From: a virus
Lineage: Duplodnaviria; Caudoviricetes
IMG/VR virus record: IMGVR_UViG_3300013382_000004
Strand: one strand, 5' to 3'
DNA length: 64,000 nt
Part shown: piece after piece, positions 39,546-52,813 of the stretch
Numbering within the stretch: the stretch's first letter is position 1
How the letters are laid out: each line of letters starts with the position of its first letter
The notes under the pieces: model-generated
What the model was told of the DNA's origin: nothing
Databases searched by the model: none
What the model saw: the letters and a program-made list of their open reading frames with translations, nothing else
Position numbers and translations under genes: made by a program

Positions 39546-40553
39546 TTATGTAACAGAAGCAAATTTCTTTTGGAAATCATTCATAGTCATAATTTCCTTA
39601 GACATATCCTTCTTGTTATCAGTAAATATCCAATGGTGAATGTCTCCATCCTTGAACTAAACCATCCGAGACATAGCACCCTAAATCTAAGCATAATAAT
39701 ATCCTTTAGCATCAATGGTTTTTAGCATTAAAGAAAGTTTTCTCAAACTCACTTGTTCTTTTAACATCTCCATAGTATACGGAGAACTTATAGATATACA
39801 AACAAGCATCTTTTCCAAACTTGGAGAAGTGTAATTCTTGTTTTGCATCCTCGCCTTTAATTCCATTTCTTCTCTTAAATTGGGGTCGATATACTTATCT
39901 CCATCATAATCTAAAATGTTTTGATGAGTAATAATAGCTATAAATTCATCAAGCTCTTTTGGCTCTAAAACTATATCGTAAATATATAACTTCTTTGCAC
40001 CATTAGCCTCTGTTTTTATTCCATATATATCTCTCATCTTACTTTTACATTCTGGACATATAGCATAATTATTAATAAACTCAAGAGATTTAATCTTCTT
40101 TTCAGTTTCGCTTAAATTATCAGGCAGCGTCTCTTGGAATTTAGCATATTCTTTGATAACTTCAAACTAAGTTCGTTTGAATCCACAATGAGGACAAAAC
40201 AAACCATTTTTTTCATGGAGTATAAGTTCGAACATATTAATTACCTAAGAAGTAACCATAGGTCCATATTCTTGATTCTCCATATTCTATATTAAATATG
40301 CCATATAAGACATACCAATACCTTCAGGATTAGCCACTTTTTTAGTGGTCTCTATCCCATTATCGTCTACAACTTTTATTTCTTTAACATTTTTATCTTG
40401 AGTAAAACAAGATAAATTAGCATAAAAATTATAGTAATCTTTTGTTAAAACTGGATAAATTAACAAACCTTTAAATGGCACTGGTAAATCCAAACCAAAA
40501 TAGGCTTGTTCATACATCTCTATTTTTGCTTGTAACTCTTTAGAAATTGCCAA
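39546..40553 (-). CDS. Tail-region conserved protein (335 aa)
   Basis: Fragments join at TAG. C-terminus AMS[CGG]MV[TAG]FK..HHWI. Confidence 0.7.
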
Positions 40554-41210
40554 TTAAGACACCCCACTCATGTAGCATCCTAATACAACTTTAATTCCTT
40601 CAAAATTTCTATTATTCCAAATCCCGTATTGAGCCTATTGGAATCTACTCATCATCGTTGAAAATTCTAAATTGCCAACACCTTGCACATGAGCGCCATT
40701 AAGTAAAAACAAAACTGCTTTCAACAAAGTAGAAATACGACTTTTACCAGTAATGGGAATTTCAACTCCATCAACTGTATCTACAGGATAAACTTTATCA
40801 TCGTCACTTGGATTAATATTAATACATTTATTGTGAGTAATTATATCAATACCAAAATTAACAACTGCTTTATATCTATCTGTAGGAATAATTTGGTCAA
40901 TATAAATTTTTAATATTGTACTTTCAACGGTCCAAGCATCTTCAAAATGAGGACTCCTAAAAATACGCTTATCGGATTGAGTTATATCATCAGAACATAT
41001 CAAAGAAGTAATCTGCTAATATGTAGGCAATTCTCTATTAAGAGCATCTGCATCATTATAATACAAAAGCTTCCAAATAATATGAGTTTGTTCTAATTCT
41101 TCAGGAGTTTTCTTATTAGGAGACAGCAAATAATAAATTATTCTATCTTCCACTCCATCTAAATTTACAAAACGGTTAAATGCAGATGGTGCATAACTAC
41201 TATCTAACAT
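40554..41210 (-). CDS. Putative tail terminator/neck protein (218 aa)
   Basis: Joined at TAG. Function from position only. Confidence 0.55.
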
Positions 41211-42433
41211 TAATAAAAACCTCCTAATTTAAAACTGAAAGTCTCACTAATAGTAACTCCTGCGATATCAGGGTCAGCACAAGTAGCAATTACATCTAAA
41301 GTGCCTCTATTGCAAGCTTTCAAATTTTTAATCTTAAAGGTGTTATCACCAGTTTGTTTAAATTCATAATATTTAGACCAATTTTCTTCTTTTATACCAT
41401 TTAAAACAACTTTATACTCAAAGTGAGTAGGAAGTGTACCACCTTTGAAACTTAATTCAGTTTCACATTCTTTGCTATTGCCAAGAATTATTTTATAATC
41501 ATCACAATTTTTAAGAGTAATGTGATACTCTTCATCGTGAAGGTCTTCCTTTTTTGGAATAAAATATAATGGAGCATTATTAGCAACACGAGTTATAGCA
41601 TCATCATTAGCACTCCATAAATCTTTATCCAACGCCAAGACCACAAAAGGTATATCTTCTAATCCAGTAAAACCACTCTTTGCAAAAGTTTTTGTAGATG
41701 TACACTTTATAACAGCTTTAACTTTATATATAGCATTATTTTCAATGTCATTCTAATCAGTACCGCCAAGAATAACTCGGCTATTGATTTTAACAGCATT
41801 TGAAAAATAATTTAATTGCATTGTAACATACCACTCAGCTTGGGGCACGACTATTGTTTGGTTGTAGTATTGATTCATATATTTCAACTCATTTTCCAAA
41901 ACAATAGGTTCATACCTTATCTCAGTGGCATCAGTTTGGCTTTTCGTGGGAGACCCAAGTAGAGCAATGTTTCCATTACATCTACGAATCACACAAGAAT
42001 TCCGTGGATTTAAAGGAGAATTGTTTACAGCAATCCAGACACTTGTATCATAATGTTTTTCCTCTTCTGTCATGGTACTTAAGTCCTAAAATTCCAAAGA
42101 AAAACGATATCTTTTACCAAGAGGATTAGGGTATTTCAAATCTCTAAAGGAAATTTCAGCCCAGTCTGTACCCAAATCTTCACCACGTTCATCCTTAACA
42201 CTTCTTATAACAACAGTCTCAAGAGGCGTATATTCAGGCATTTTCGTTGTGTATTCAATTTGTCGGTCTTTTTCTTCCTCTATATCAACAGTATTATATC
42301 TATATTCCCAGTCCTAATCGCGTTTATGTTGTAGATTTTGAATATAATAATTATCCCCAACCATATTATGTTTTAAACGAGCCTTAAGCATTATACTACT
42401 ATCTACTACATTTGTAGTATTTAAAATCGCCAT
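41210..42433 (-). CDS. Putative head closure/neck protein (407 aa)
   Basis: Joined at TAG. Contains CVIRRCN. Function from position only. Confidence 0.55.
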
Positions 42434-42434
42434 T

Positions 42435-42770
42435 TTAATCATCGCCTTTATATTTCTTTAATAAATATTCTGCATAATTGATTGATTCAAATATTAACTT
42501 CTTAATCTATCCTTTGTCTAATTGATTTGTTAAAATAGCATTGATATTAATTATAATACTTACTAATTCACCATCAAAAAGAACATTACTTGACGAAACA
42601 TACATCATTATTCCACCACAATACACACGGTAATTATAAGTGGAATTGGGTTCTTGAGATTTATCATACACATAAAGAACTTTCTTTAATTTGGAAACTA
42701 TCTCTTCTAAGCATACAATTTTCTCATTAACAGATAAAACTACTTTGAAGTTCTTTTCGTCTTTATCCAT
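42435..42770 (-). CDS. Hypothetical neck-region protein (111 aa)
   Basis: Extends through TAG to TAA. Confidence 0.6.
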
Positions 42771-42772
42771 TT

Positions 42773-43480
42773 TTACCCCCTTCCTATAAACTTACTACCA
42801 CCCATAAAACGGATTTGCCATGCAAGTCTATTTTGATAATTGTATATTTCTGAATCAAGTTGGTCTATCCATTCATTTTTCGCTTTTAAGATACGGTCAT
42901 TAGACATAATCTTGAAATCGCTGTCTTGCATTAAATTGCGAATATCTAATAACAAATTGCGTTCTTCTTCTCCCCATGCTTTTACAAGCAATCGAGCAAG
43001 AATATCTTTAACATAACCTACCACTAAACTTGTACCATTTACATTTTTGTTGGTCAAACCTTCAAAACTGTCAGTGAATTCACCAACATAATATTGTTCA
43101 ACTGCATATTGTTTTCCTTCAGGTAAAACATCGGGGAATTCCACAGTGTGAGCTTCTCTATCAATTGAGCCTTGCACCAATAATTCGCCCTCAATATAAT
43201 TATATACTGAATTATCCTAAATCTCAAACTCAGGGTCAAGTTCGAATTTATTATTCTTACCATCACCTTCAAAAACTTGCATGATACCTTTTGGTTCTTT
43301 ATATTGAGATAAACGTAAAGAAACGCTCAGAGGGTTGTTAAACATAGATATTGCATTTTGCAAATAGGTGTACATTATCTTATTAAATTGCAAAGGATTA
43401 GTTTCATACGCTGTCGTAATCCTTGGGTCATCAAATAAGGCTATTGCTTTTCGATAGACATCACTAAACAAAATGCCCAT
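42773..43480 (-). CDS. Putative head-tail connector/adaptor (235 aa)
   Basis: MGILFSDVY..DDPR, DSDFK motifs, joined at one TAG. Confidence 0.6.
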
Positions 43481-43499
43481 TTAAACCCTCCTTATTTGT

Positions 43500-44336
43500 T
43501 TAATGTTTCATTGAATCATAATTCATCTGAGTCAACAGATTGTCAAAAATTCTCTTGCCAGAAATTCTATTCAGAAGTTCAATCTTACTTCTGTTGAGAT
43601 ACTTGCTATCATTACTATAGCACTTTCCAAGCCAATAAGAACAAATGAATTCTTGGTCAGATTCGGTCAGAGTATTCATATAATCTTCAAGCTCACGCTC
43701 ATTTTTCTTATAAAGATTCATAAGGTCAGCCTTGGTAACAACAGTTTTGTTACCTCTCTTCAAACAAGACACATTGTAGCGTTCTGCGATATCCGTGTAT
43801 TCGGGAGCCAAAAGAATAATTTCTTTATCGAACCTCTTGCGATATTTAGAAACGCACTCTTCAAACTGCTGCCAGTTCAAAACACGCTGTTCACCGAGAG
43901 TGTGAAAATTAATAGTCAAGCCAGTAAGCTGAATAGCGGTTGAAAGACCACCAACCAGCTCACGATTATGAATAATTACAACTTCCTTATCGCTCTTCTT
44001 ATTACCAAGAATTTCCAAAAGTCTTTCAGTAGCGTTAGAAGTACTCTCAGGTACTTCCTCAACCTTAGAAGAAGATTCAGTATCACCCGAAGTAGATTCT
44101 CTGATTGCTTCTGCCAACTTTTCATTCTTTGCCTTTTCTTCCTTAAGCTCGTTGCTCAAAGAATCAATAGTGGACTGGAACTTTGCCATCATAGCCTGAA
44201 TATCTTCCAGCGAGATAGAAGACTGAGGAGCAGGAGACTCCTTAATAGAAGTCTCCGCATTCTCAGCAATTTGTTCCTTATTAGTTTCGTTTACAACTTC
44301 TTCTGTATTTTTAATAGTTTTCTTACTTACAGCCAT
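43500..44336 (-). CDS. Hypothetical protein downstream of the capsid gene
   Basis: 278-aa ORF with SD AGGAG. Confidence 0.75.
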   Translation of the reverse strand: MAVSKKTIKNTEEVVNETNKEQIAENAETSIKESPAPQSSISLEDIQAMMAKFQSTIDSLSNELKEEKAKNEKLAEAIRESTSGDTESSSKVEEVPESTSNATERLLEILGNKKSDKEVVIIHNRELVGGLSTAIQLTGLTINFHTLGEQRVLNWQQFEECVSKYRKRFDKEIILLAPEYTDIAERYNVSCLKRGNKTVVTKADLMNLYKKNERELEDYMNTLTESDQEFICSYWLGKCYSNDSKYLNRSKIELLNRISGKRIFDNLLTQMNYDSMKH

Positions 44337-44441
44337 TTTTTACAATCTCCTTTTAAACCTTTTAAACATATCTGGCTATACCAGACTTTTTATTTTAGTT
44401 GTTTAATCTATTACAAATTAATTGTAATTTATAAGATTAGA

Positions 44442-46860
44442 TTAGGCAAGCTGAATAGCACCAAACTTGGAGCCAACAACGGCATCCATACCGACACGCA
44501 TATCAACAGTGAAACCGTAGCAGTGGTCAGCAGCAAACATAGGGTCCTTCTCAACAGAAACAGTATTGCCCTCGAAGACAACCTTGATGGGCTTGTTCAT
44601 GCCAAGAGGAAGCATATAAATAATATCATCAGGAAGAACGACTTCAGGAGTACCATTGATGGTGTTAGGAACAAGAGCGTTACCCAACTCAATCAGAGGA
44701 ACCTTCTTGTAAGAAGGAAGGAAGCCATCCTTGATGATAGCAGAATCTTCACCATAACGGAAGCCAGAAGTAGCAGACTCCTTGGGAAGAACATCAGCGA
44801 GAGCAATAGCAGTACCAAGGGCATAAACATCAGCACCGCCATTGGCAAGCTTGACGTTACGAGCAGTGATGAGCCAGTTCTCGTCAGTCAAGCCGTTAGC
44901 CATATAACCAGCGATACCATCCTTGTTCTCACCAGCAGTGTTGTTGGTAATAACAGAAGCCATTACCTTAGCAAGACGAGCCTGAAGATAAGCAGCAAAA
45001 GAAGCACCAATCTTCTGAAGGAGCTTACCCCAGTCCAGCTTACCAGCAGCAACATGATACCAGTCAACATAAAGAGAAACCTGTTCACGACGAGCGGTAA
45101 CAGTGTACTCAGTATTAGAAGCGGTCTGAACACCACCACGAGCAATACCTTCGGCAAGGCTGTTCACGATGAAGAGTTCATTGCTATCGACAGTGTATTT
45201 CGCGTTATCAATGTGTTTTTAATTTGTTTTTATGATTCATAATAAGCTTTAAATTTATTATATTTTCTTTCCATATACAAGTCAGCATCTTTGTATATCA
45301 AGTCCATAAATTTCTTGTTTTCTTTTTTAGAATGAGAACGTACTACTCTATTCTTTTCCTACCCTTTGGGGATATCAATGTGAAAATTAATATCTTGCTT
45401 TTTCAAGTATTCTATCAGCCCTTCACAAAATCCTATTGAAGACATTATGGTTGACTAAAAATCTAATTTTCCATTATCTTTTCTTCGACTAATACAAGCA
45501 CATCCATCTCCATCAAAATATCCTCTAACAAAATGAGGAATTAAATCCTCCTTCAAAAAATCAGGAAAAGTGATGGTAAAAGTTTTATTTTGTGTTAATC
45601 CCCATTTTTCTAAAGATTCACACATATGTTTAGAAGCCATAGCTAAAATTAACATATGCCTTTCAACACCATCATCTTTATTAATATAATTAGATTCAAA
45701 TAAAGGCTTATTACTGCCTACTTCCTGATTTATCTATTCTAAAATTTCTCTGTCTTGTTTAAACAGTGATAAAACAACGGTATTATTAATTCTATTATTA
45801 TATCCATCTGCATAAAGAAACCCTAAAATATAAGCTTTGTTAGAAGTGTCTATTTCATCAAAATAGTTTTCATTCAAAGAATATTTTCTTTGGGCTTGTG
45901 AAACAGATTTTTGAATCCGATGTTTTTCTAACAAATAGTTAATCTAATATCTTTTACTATTAAATTTCTCTCCAATTTCTTTGGGAGACATATTATCTTC
46001 TAAATACATTTTCTTAATTTCAAAGAAATGCTCTTCTAATTCTAAATGATTCATTTATTCACCTTTATATTAAACAAATTAAAAACTGTTAAATAAGAGT
46101 CGTTAATTCTTATCAACCTTGTGCTGTCAAGGTTCTTGTATTTTCATACAAGCTCAGACTATATCATCATCCTTATATTTTAGTATATAATACAACAAAT
46201 TTCAATTATATTTATAAGGAGTCGCTCGTTTCGAATCACTTGATTCTACTCCCCTCAAGAGGGATAGTCTTTGAACAGTATCCTATTCGGATATATGCTG
46301 CTGAAGACCCATTTCATACACGTGATACTTAGGATTTAACCATATATCATCTGGTTAATTTTTTCTACTTTCGCAACATTCACACTTAGACATATTTCAA
46401 TCTTATGTTGTAGTTTAACCAGTTTTAGGGATTGCCAGCAATTGATGCGATATAGGCGTTAATTATACGCACTACATACCGATTACTCGATATGCGGAGA
46501 CTGCCATTACGCTACTCCAAAACCAACCTGAGTGACATCATAAAGCTGTTCATAACCCTCAGCAGCAACAGTAGGAACTACAGGGGTAATAGCACCAGCA
46601 AGGATGGTGTCAAAGGTCTCAAGGAAGCCAGTCTTCTTGTAAGTCATAGGAGACTTAACCATATCAAGACCGCTCCAAGTCATACCAGCATTCTCAACGC
46701 AGTACTTCATGAACTTCTCATTAAAATCACGATTAGCATCTTCATATTCAGGGGTATTGTTCTTACCCTCGATAGACTTCTGAGCAAGCGCGTAGCAAGT
46801 AGCAACCAAGCTATCAGCGATATCTTCGTTGAACTTGTTATAACTAAAAATTTGTTTCAT
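44442..46860 (-). CDS. Major capsid protein (370 aa); exons 46515-46860 and 44442-45208
   Basis: Ligation gives VTQVGFG-DNAKYTVDSNELF. High-expression codon bias. Follows scaffold and decoration genes. Confidence 0.85.
45209..46514 (-). ncRNA. Group I intron in major capsid gene
   Basis: AAUUGCUGG/UCAGCAG (P4-like), AAAGACUA/AUAUAGUCU (P7). The ORF is looped out by the GTTTTTAATTTGTTT/AAACAAATTAAAAAC stem. Terminal G. Confidence 0.85.
45230..46054 (-). CDS. Intron-encoded LAGLIDADG endonuclease (274 aa)
   Basis: KAYILGFLYADG, HFVRGYFDGDG. Open with TAG=Gln. Confidence 0.9.
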
Positions 46861-47000
46861 AATAACAAAATCCTCCTTGTAATATTCGTAGATATTTTCT
46901 ATCTATTAATTAATAAATATCATATAATTTATATTAAAGTATAAAATATAAATTAATTATTGTTAGTGATTATTATAATTATTACAATTAATTATTTAAA

Positions 47001-47528
47001 TTACTCACTAACGACGGTGCAATAGAACTTTTTGCCATCGTTGACAGCGCCAACAATCTTGTCTCTAACATCCTCAATGTAAACGCAAAGCTTACCTTCA
47101 GCCTTAGAGTCAGCAATAGCCCACATACCATCGGAACCAGCAACAGCAAACTTACCGACTTCAGCAGCACTCTCAAAGTTATCATCACCAAGATAGAACT
47201 CATCACCAAGCTTGGCGCAACGAACGCGAGTCTTAACACCAGCGGGGCAAGGCATACCAGCAGTCTTATCGCCGATACGATACATAACACCCATAACATC
47301 GGCTTCGTTAACACCAACATAGTCAACAATACCAATACGACCCTCACCGTTATAAGGCTCGACCTCGCGAGTATTCATATCCTTAATGCCCTTGTAAACT
47401 TCATGGTCAATCAGATTGCCAATCTTAACAAGAGAACCATCAGCAAGTTCCTTGTCAGCGCAAACACCAGAAACGAGATAGCTCTTAACGTCTTCACTAG
47501 CCATCAAAATTTTCTCAAACAATTTCAT
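47001..47528 (-). CDS. Capsid decoration/auxiliary protein
   Basis: 175 aa, lies between scaffold and MCP, strong codon bias. Confidence 0.6.
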   Translation of the reverse strand: MKLFEKILMASEDVKSYLVSGVCADKELADGSLVKIGNLIDHEVYKGIKDMNTREVEPYNGEGRIGIVDYVGVNEADVMGVMYRIGDKTAGMPCPAGVKTRVRCAKLGDEFYLGDDNFESAAEVGKFAVAGSDGMWAIADSKAEGKLCVYIEDVRDKIVGAVNDGKKFYCTVVSE

Positions 47529-47551
47529 AGTAAAGTTATCCTCCTCTTTTA

Positions 47552-49444
47552 TTAAATCTTTCTAAGATTTTCAATTGCATTTTTAAGGACCTCAGCATCA
47601 CTACCTGTACTAGCAGGAGCATTATTCTGAGACTTAACAATATCAGCAGAGAACTCTTTCTCCTTAACTTTTCTGCTAAGTTTTTTCTGAGCATAGAGAG
47701 CATCTGCAATTTTATGGTCAACAGCCTCGTTAAGCTCCTCATCGGAAGCATAAGTGCTGTTATCACAATTTTCTTTCATAAATGCCTTAATATTAGTAGC
47801 ATTTTCCTCAGTCAAATCCTCTTCAGAATCAACCAAAGAGCAAGCCAAAGCATAAAGCTCGGCATTTTTCTTCGCATTAAACTGAGCATTAAGAGCGTTA
47901 TACTTTTCAGTTAGTTCAGCAAAAGAAGTATTAAGGGCATTGAATCTCTCATAAAGTTCATCAGCAGTAAGTTGTTCATCACCAACAGCATAGTGGGTAT
48001 CCTGAGCAACGATACTTTCACCAGAAGGTGTGCCGATTAAAATACTACCATCATCATGTTCTTTGAGAAGGTCAGTATCAACTTTAGGAGAACCAAGTTC
48101 CTCACCCTCAACCTGTCCATGGTCAGCATGAGATTCATCAACAGTTACGTCTGTGGCGGCAAACTGAGCTGGGTCATTGCATTCGACTTTCTTTTCGCCT
48201 TCATCACACTCAGCTTCAGTTTCCTTTTTACCATCGTCATCATTGTCATCATCATGCTCATCATTGTCATGGTCATCATCATTTTTATCATCTTCAGACT
48301 CATTCTCTTTATGACCTTCATCCTTATTACCATCATCATCCTCATGCGCACAAGTGCAAGGGTTGTTACCGCAGACTTCGCACTTGCCGTCTTCAGATTC
48401 ACATTCCTTGGATTCAGTCTCTTTGCCACTCTCATCTTCAGGATTTTCATCCTTAGAGAGTACAATCTATTCTTTAGTGTCCATGTCAACATTAGCGACA
48501 TTTTCTTCATTGATGCTATAAGTGGCCTTAAAATTTTCATCATCAAGGCTAAAGCAAACAACACCGTCGTTAATTTCAGTGACACTATAATGAGAAGCGT
48601 TCTCATCAAGACCGCTATTCAGAAAAGATTCGAGAAGTTGTCTTTTCTCTTCATAGGTCATTGTTTTTGGTTCCTCCCCTCTTTGTTCATTATCCATTGT
48701 GATTTCGTCCACTTTTTCATTAACAACCCCATCATCAGAGACGGTGGAATCGAAATCCTCATTTTTATTATCTGCATCAGAACCAGTGTTATCTTCCAAC
48801 TCTTTATAAGCGAAAGACAGACATTTTTCTTGTTTCTGATAAACAGCATCATTAATTTTATCAAGAATGGTTAAATGTGCATTAGGGATAGCTTCAGTAA
48901 CAGCAGAACCAAGAATAGTAAATCCATCGAAAACGAATTTATCTATTACTTCGACTTTATTTTCGTCGGTATGACTCTCAAGAACTTCTATTTCCACAGA
49001 AATTTTCTTTTTAGTGTCCTTTAACAATCTTTTAACTTGTTTGTAAGCATACTTAGCCCAAAGGACACAAGTAAAATGCACCCAAGTTTGACCATCGTGT
49101 TCAACAATCTCAACCAAGTCTTCACTACGAATTACGCCAAGGGGGACTTCGCATTTACCGTTTGTAAAATCGAAGTAATCCTATTGCAATTCTTTATCCC
49201 ATCTATATTCCATTTCATGAGCTTTAAAATCATCATGAGCAACATCGAAAGCGCCAAGAGCGGGTTTGTTGTAGAATGTAGGTTTAGCGTCTTGCATAGC
49301 AGAGACAGGGAAATAACTGTTATTTCTATTAGGGTAGACATTAGAAATTGCGTAAACGTCGATAGCAATAAAGTCATTTTTTAACACATTCTTAATTTTC
49401 AAACTTTGCGGAGAAAGTTCAAATTTCAGAACTTTTTTATCCAA
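47552..49444 (-). CDS. Prohead protease-scaffold fusion (630 aa)
   Basis: NRNNSYF, LWAKY, ISVEIEV, GFTILG in the N-terminal domain. Acidic linker and coiled-coil C-terminus. Two TAG joins. Confidence 0.75.
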
Positions 49445-49466
49445 TATTTTTCTTCCTCCTTTCCCC

Positions 49467-49805
49467 TTAAGATGTAAATGACGATGACAAAGAAGTCATA
49501 GCCATTACTCTATTATTCCAAGCTTCATTCTTCCGAACGTAGCAATTAGGAACAAGGTTGACTATATTAATATAGTCCAATATATCATCTGATGGCTCAA
49601 ACCATTCTCCATTATTTCTAATTTTATATTGCTAAAATTTAGAATGAAGGTTTTCCTCATCAGCCATAGTGCCTTTCATATATCCTAAGATATATAATTG
49701 CTTATCACTGCCAGTATTTAATTGTTTTAGTCTTTTCTGAACTGAATTTTTAGTATATCCTATTTTAATATTTTCCCCATTGGTTATAAAATAAACATAG
49801 CCCAT
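49467..49805 (-). CDS. T5orf172/GIY-YIG-like nuclease-domain protein (112 aa)
   Basis: GYVYFI..IKIGYT..RLKQLNTG..E.NLH..GEWF. Confidence 0.75.
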
Positions 49806-49845
49806 TGTATAGTTTCCTATTTTGTATAGTTACCTAATTTACAAT

Positions 49846-50358
49846 TTAGATTTTTGTAAAACCTTCAAATTCAGCGTCGAATAATTCAGGAGAAGTGCTG
49901 TACAGTTTAGCTTTTTGTCTCCAAATATCGCATTGATGGAGAAAAGAGCTAGCGACTTCTGCCATATTTTCCAGTACAATTACAAAAACCTTGCATGACT
50001 TGTTGTAATCTAAAAATTCAATAGTATCAAGAATTTTCCTCTTTAAAGATTCCATTTCTGTATAAGCATCATTAAAGAGTAATTCGATATTTTCATAAGT
50101 ATCTTCATTAGAATTTAATGATTTACGAACAGGACGAACACCTTCTTGAATCATAGTTTCACTTAATTTGTCTGCGAAGATATCACTTGGAAATGCATGA
50201 GCAAATTTCAAGTGGAATACCTGAGAAGCGCAGGGGCAATTAAGTTCACAATCCAAGGCATAAGCCATATTATCAGCAATAGAATTCATTTGAAAGAAGC
50301 TTCCTAACAAATCATTTAAAGCTTCGACAACTTCTGGCGTATAGTTATTACTTACCAT
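49846..50358 (-). CDS. Hypothetical protein, possibly ferritin-like helical bundle
   Basis: 170-aa ORF, helical pattern, HLKFAH. Confidence 0.55.
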   Translation of the reverse strand: MVSNNYTPEVVEALNDLLGSFFQMNSIADNMAYALDCELNCPCASQVFHLKFAHAFPSDIFADKLSETMIQEGVRPVRKSLNSNEDTYENIELLFNDAYTEMESLKRKILDTIEFLDYNKSCKVFVIVLENMAEVASSFLHQCDIWRQKAKLYSTSPELFDAEFEGFTKI

Positions 50359-50382
50359 GATATTGTCCTCTCACTTTCCTTT

Positions 50383-50643
50383 TTATAGTTTCTCCATAAT
50401 TCCTTTGACATCTTTTTTAATATCTTGAATATCGGATTTATTTTCTTCGATTTTCTGGAAAACGATTCCCATATTCTTTTCCAACTCATAGGTACGAGTA
50501 ATTAGATTGTTGTGAGCATCCACTTTGCGTTGTAATTGCTCGATTTTATAGTTAGTCAATTTATTGGTAGTTATAATACCGCCAATAGTACCAACACACG
50601 TTCCGATAAAGGAAATTATAGCAATTATAATTGTGGGGTCCAA
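50383..50643 (-). CDS. Small membrane protein (holin-like)
   Basis: N-terminal TM helix followed by YKIEQL..KVDAHNNLI.RTYELE coiled coil. Confidence 0.6.
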   Translation of the reverse strand: MDPTIIIAIISFIGTCVGTIGGIITTNKLTNYKIEQLQRKVDAHNNLITRTYELEKNMGIVFQKIEENKSDIQDIKKDVKGIMEKL

Positions 50644-50685
50644 TTCAATCGACCTCCTTTACGAAAGACTGAAAAAAGGGAACAA

Positions 50686-50913
50686 TCAAGCTTTCTCAAT
50701 TATTAATTCTCCCTTTTCGTCCTTATTAAAGACGAAACTTTTTTGACATTGTGTACAAATGTAAAACTGTTTATCAGGAGAAACCATTAACTTTTTAGTG
50801 CTTTTTTGCAACGTGGTGTTAGAGTCTAAGGGATTATGATTACAACAAGGTTCAGATTGTGTAGTGTGCTTAACACGCCATCTTTTCTCTTTAAATGTTT
50901 TAATCAAATTCAC
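50686..50913 (-). CDS. Small Zn-ribbon hypothetical protein
   Basis: CCNH...CTQC. Confidence 0.5.
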   Translation of the reverse strand: MNLIKTFKEKRWRVKHTTQSEPCCNHNPLDSNTTLQKSTKKLMVSPDKQFYICTQCQKSFVFNKDEKGELIIEKA

Positions 50914-50917
50914 ACTT

Positions 50918-52813
50918 TTAGTCCTTTACTTTCTTTGGAATCATATGTGTAAAAGCGCTCATATCATTAATACGAGACTCATACATTTCTTCCAAGCATT
51001 CGTTACAAATTACATCTTCATCTTCATTCAGTTCTTTTCCGCAAATTTGGCACTTTTTGATATTATATGAAAACTCCTTAATGTCGGAAACATTAGTTCC
51101 AGCATTGGAAGAGTTACCAGTATTATCGTTGGTAATTTCATCGTCATTCAACTTTGGTCTACCAACAGGGTTAGCAATTAAGTTTTCTTGGTCCAAAACT
51201 TTCTCCACTTTGATATCTAATGCTTTAAGGTAAGCTTTAGCTTGCTGATAATCATCAACAGTCATACCGTTAGCAGATAAAAGTTTAGGAATAAAACCTT
51301 CCAAACCAGACACAACTTGTTCTCTAAGAATTTTAATATCTTCACGAATATTAAAGATATCACCCCAGAGAGAAACTTTCCATTGGAACTTCAAATCGAA
51401 ATTCTTATTAATCATTTCGTTTAAAAAGCTTTCGTATTGTCTGGTAAGATAATCAATTCTAGCAGCCTAAATATATTGAGCAGCCTTAACAGAAGCGATA
51501 GAAGGTTTATCAGTAATACTCATAAGAGCAGAGTTACCAGAAGTGGCAATTAAGTCTCTGGTTCTATCATAAATGATATCCATTGATTCAGGCTGGTTTT
51601 CAAGAGTGTGCATTTCAAAATCTTGGAAGGGAGCAAAAAACCCTAAAATATTTCCAGAAATGTTGCTTTCAAAGAAATCTTGATATCCAAGAATTGTGTC
51701 AGGGGTAATAACAGTAGCATCGCTTCCCGCTTTAGCATCCTTAGTAATGGGTACAGTCGCAGTCAATACACTGTTAACACCCTTACTAAGCAAACTAGCT
51801 TGTAACCATTTATAATCATCTAAGTCTGTCAAATCATCAAACAGACCAATGGTATCAGGAAATGCATTAGGATGAGAGCCATCAAAATAGAATGTATAAC
51901 ACAAATCTTGAGGTAATCTTACCCAATACATATAGTTTTCTCCATTACTTTCCAAAATGTGACCATCTGGTAATTTAGCTTTAGGAGAAATTCTCTTTTT
52001 CTTAGTTTTCTAATCTATGACAACAACGCCTGTTTCCAGCATTTGATTCCAGACATCCTGAATAAATTGAGGATACTGGCTAACATCGTAAGCTGGTTGA
52101 AGGAAGATTGCCATATTAAAAGCAATAGTAAACTGTTGCTTACTACCGAAACCAATCAGTTTAACCATATCGGTATTAAGTTTCTACATGACGAAGAAAT
52201 TAACGTCGTTCTTATCATAACTTGTACGAGGGAGATAAGAAGACTTACCTTCCAAACTCACCTAAGTAGTAATAGTTTTCAAAGTTAAACTTGGATTAAA
52301 AGCTTTCAAAATTTTATCTACCTTTTGACTTTCTTTCTTAAAAGCCTCAGTAGACATATCTTTTGAATCAACATATTCAGGGATATAATAATAATTAAAC
52401 AAGGGAGTATCTCTATTAAGTTTTACTAAAATATTGTAAACATAATTAGTATAATACAACCACATACTGATTCTCTGAAAAGTCATTTCAGAATTTTCAG
52501 GATTACTCAAAGCATTCTGTAATTCTTCAGACTGAACTTTTTGAGCTTTAGCGTTAATTTGTTTAATACGTTGATTCTATAAAAACGGGTTATTTAGTTG
52601 ACTCCAAGACATAGCCCAAGCGCCAGCCAAATTATCAAAACCAGTAGAGGCATATTTACCAAAAATATTAGCCCATCTTTGCTGAATAGCCTTTAATGAA
52701 ACGTCCTCTTCAGATTTATCCTGAGTCATAGTAATCATTTTAGCTTCTTCATTTACGACAGCTTTAGGCGATTCAACTTTTTTGGGTCTTCCTCTTTTTT
52801 TGGGACTATCCAA
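50918..52813 (-). CDS. Portal protein (631 aa)
   Basis: Four track fragments in one frame joined at TAG. C-terminal VGRPKL typical of portals. Lies upstream of the protease gene. Confidence 0.75.

Noticed and set aside
43830-43840. AGG reassignment
   Set aside because: AGG occurs at plausible Arg positions (for example DDPRI), with no consistent contrary signal.
43968-45242. Long + strand ORFs in the track (also 2558-3430, 48056-48874, 36372-36974 and others)
   Set aside because: They are antisense shadows of codon-biased minus-strand genes, with no motifs or SD.
48145-48609. Met-rich ORF
   Set aside because: It is an alternative frame of the Asp-rich GAT/GAC linker in the protease-scaffold gene.
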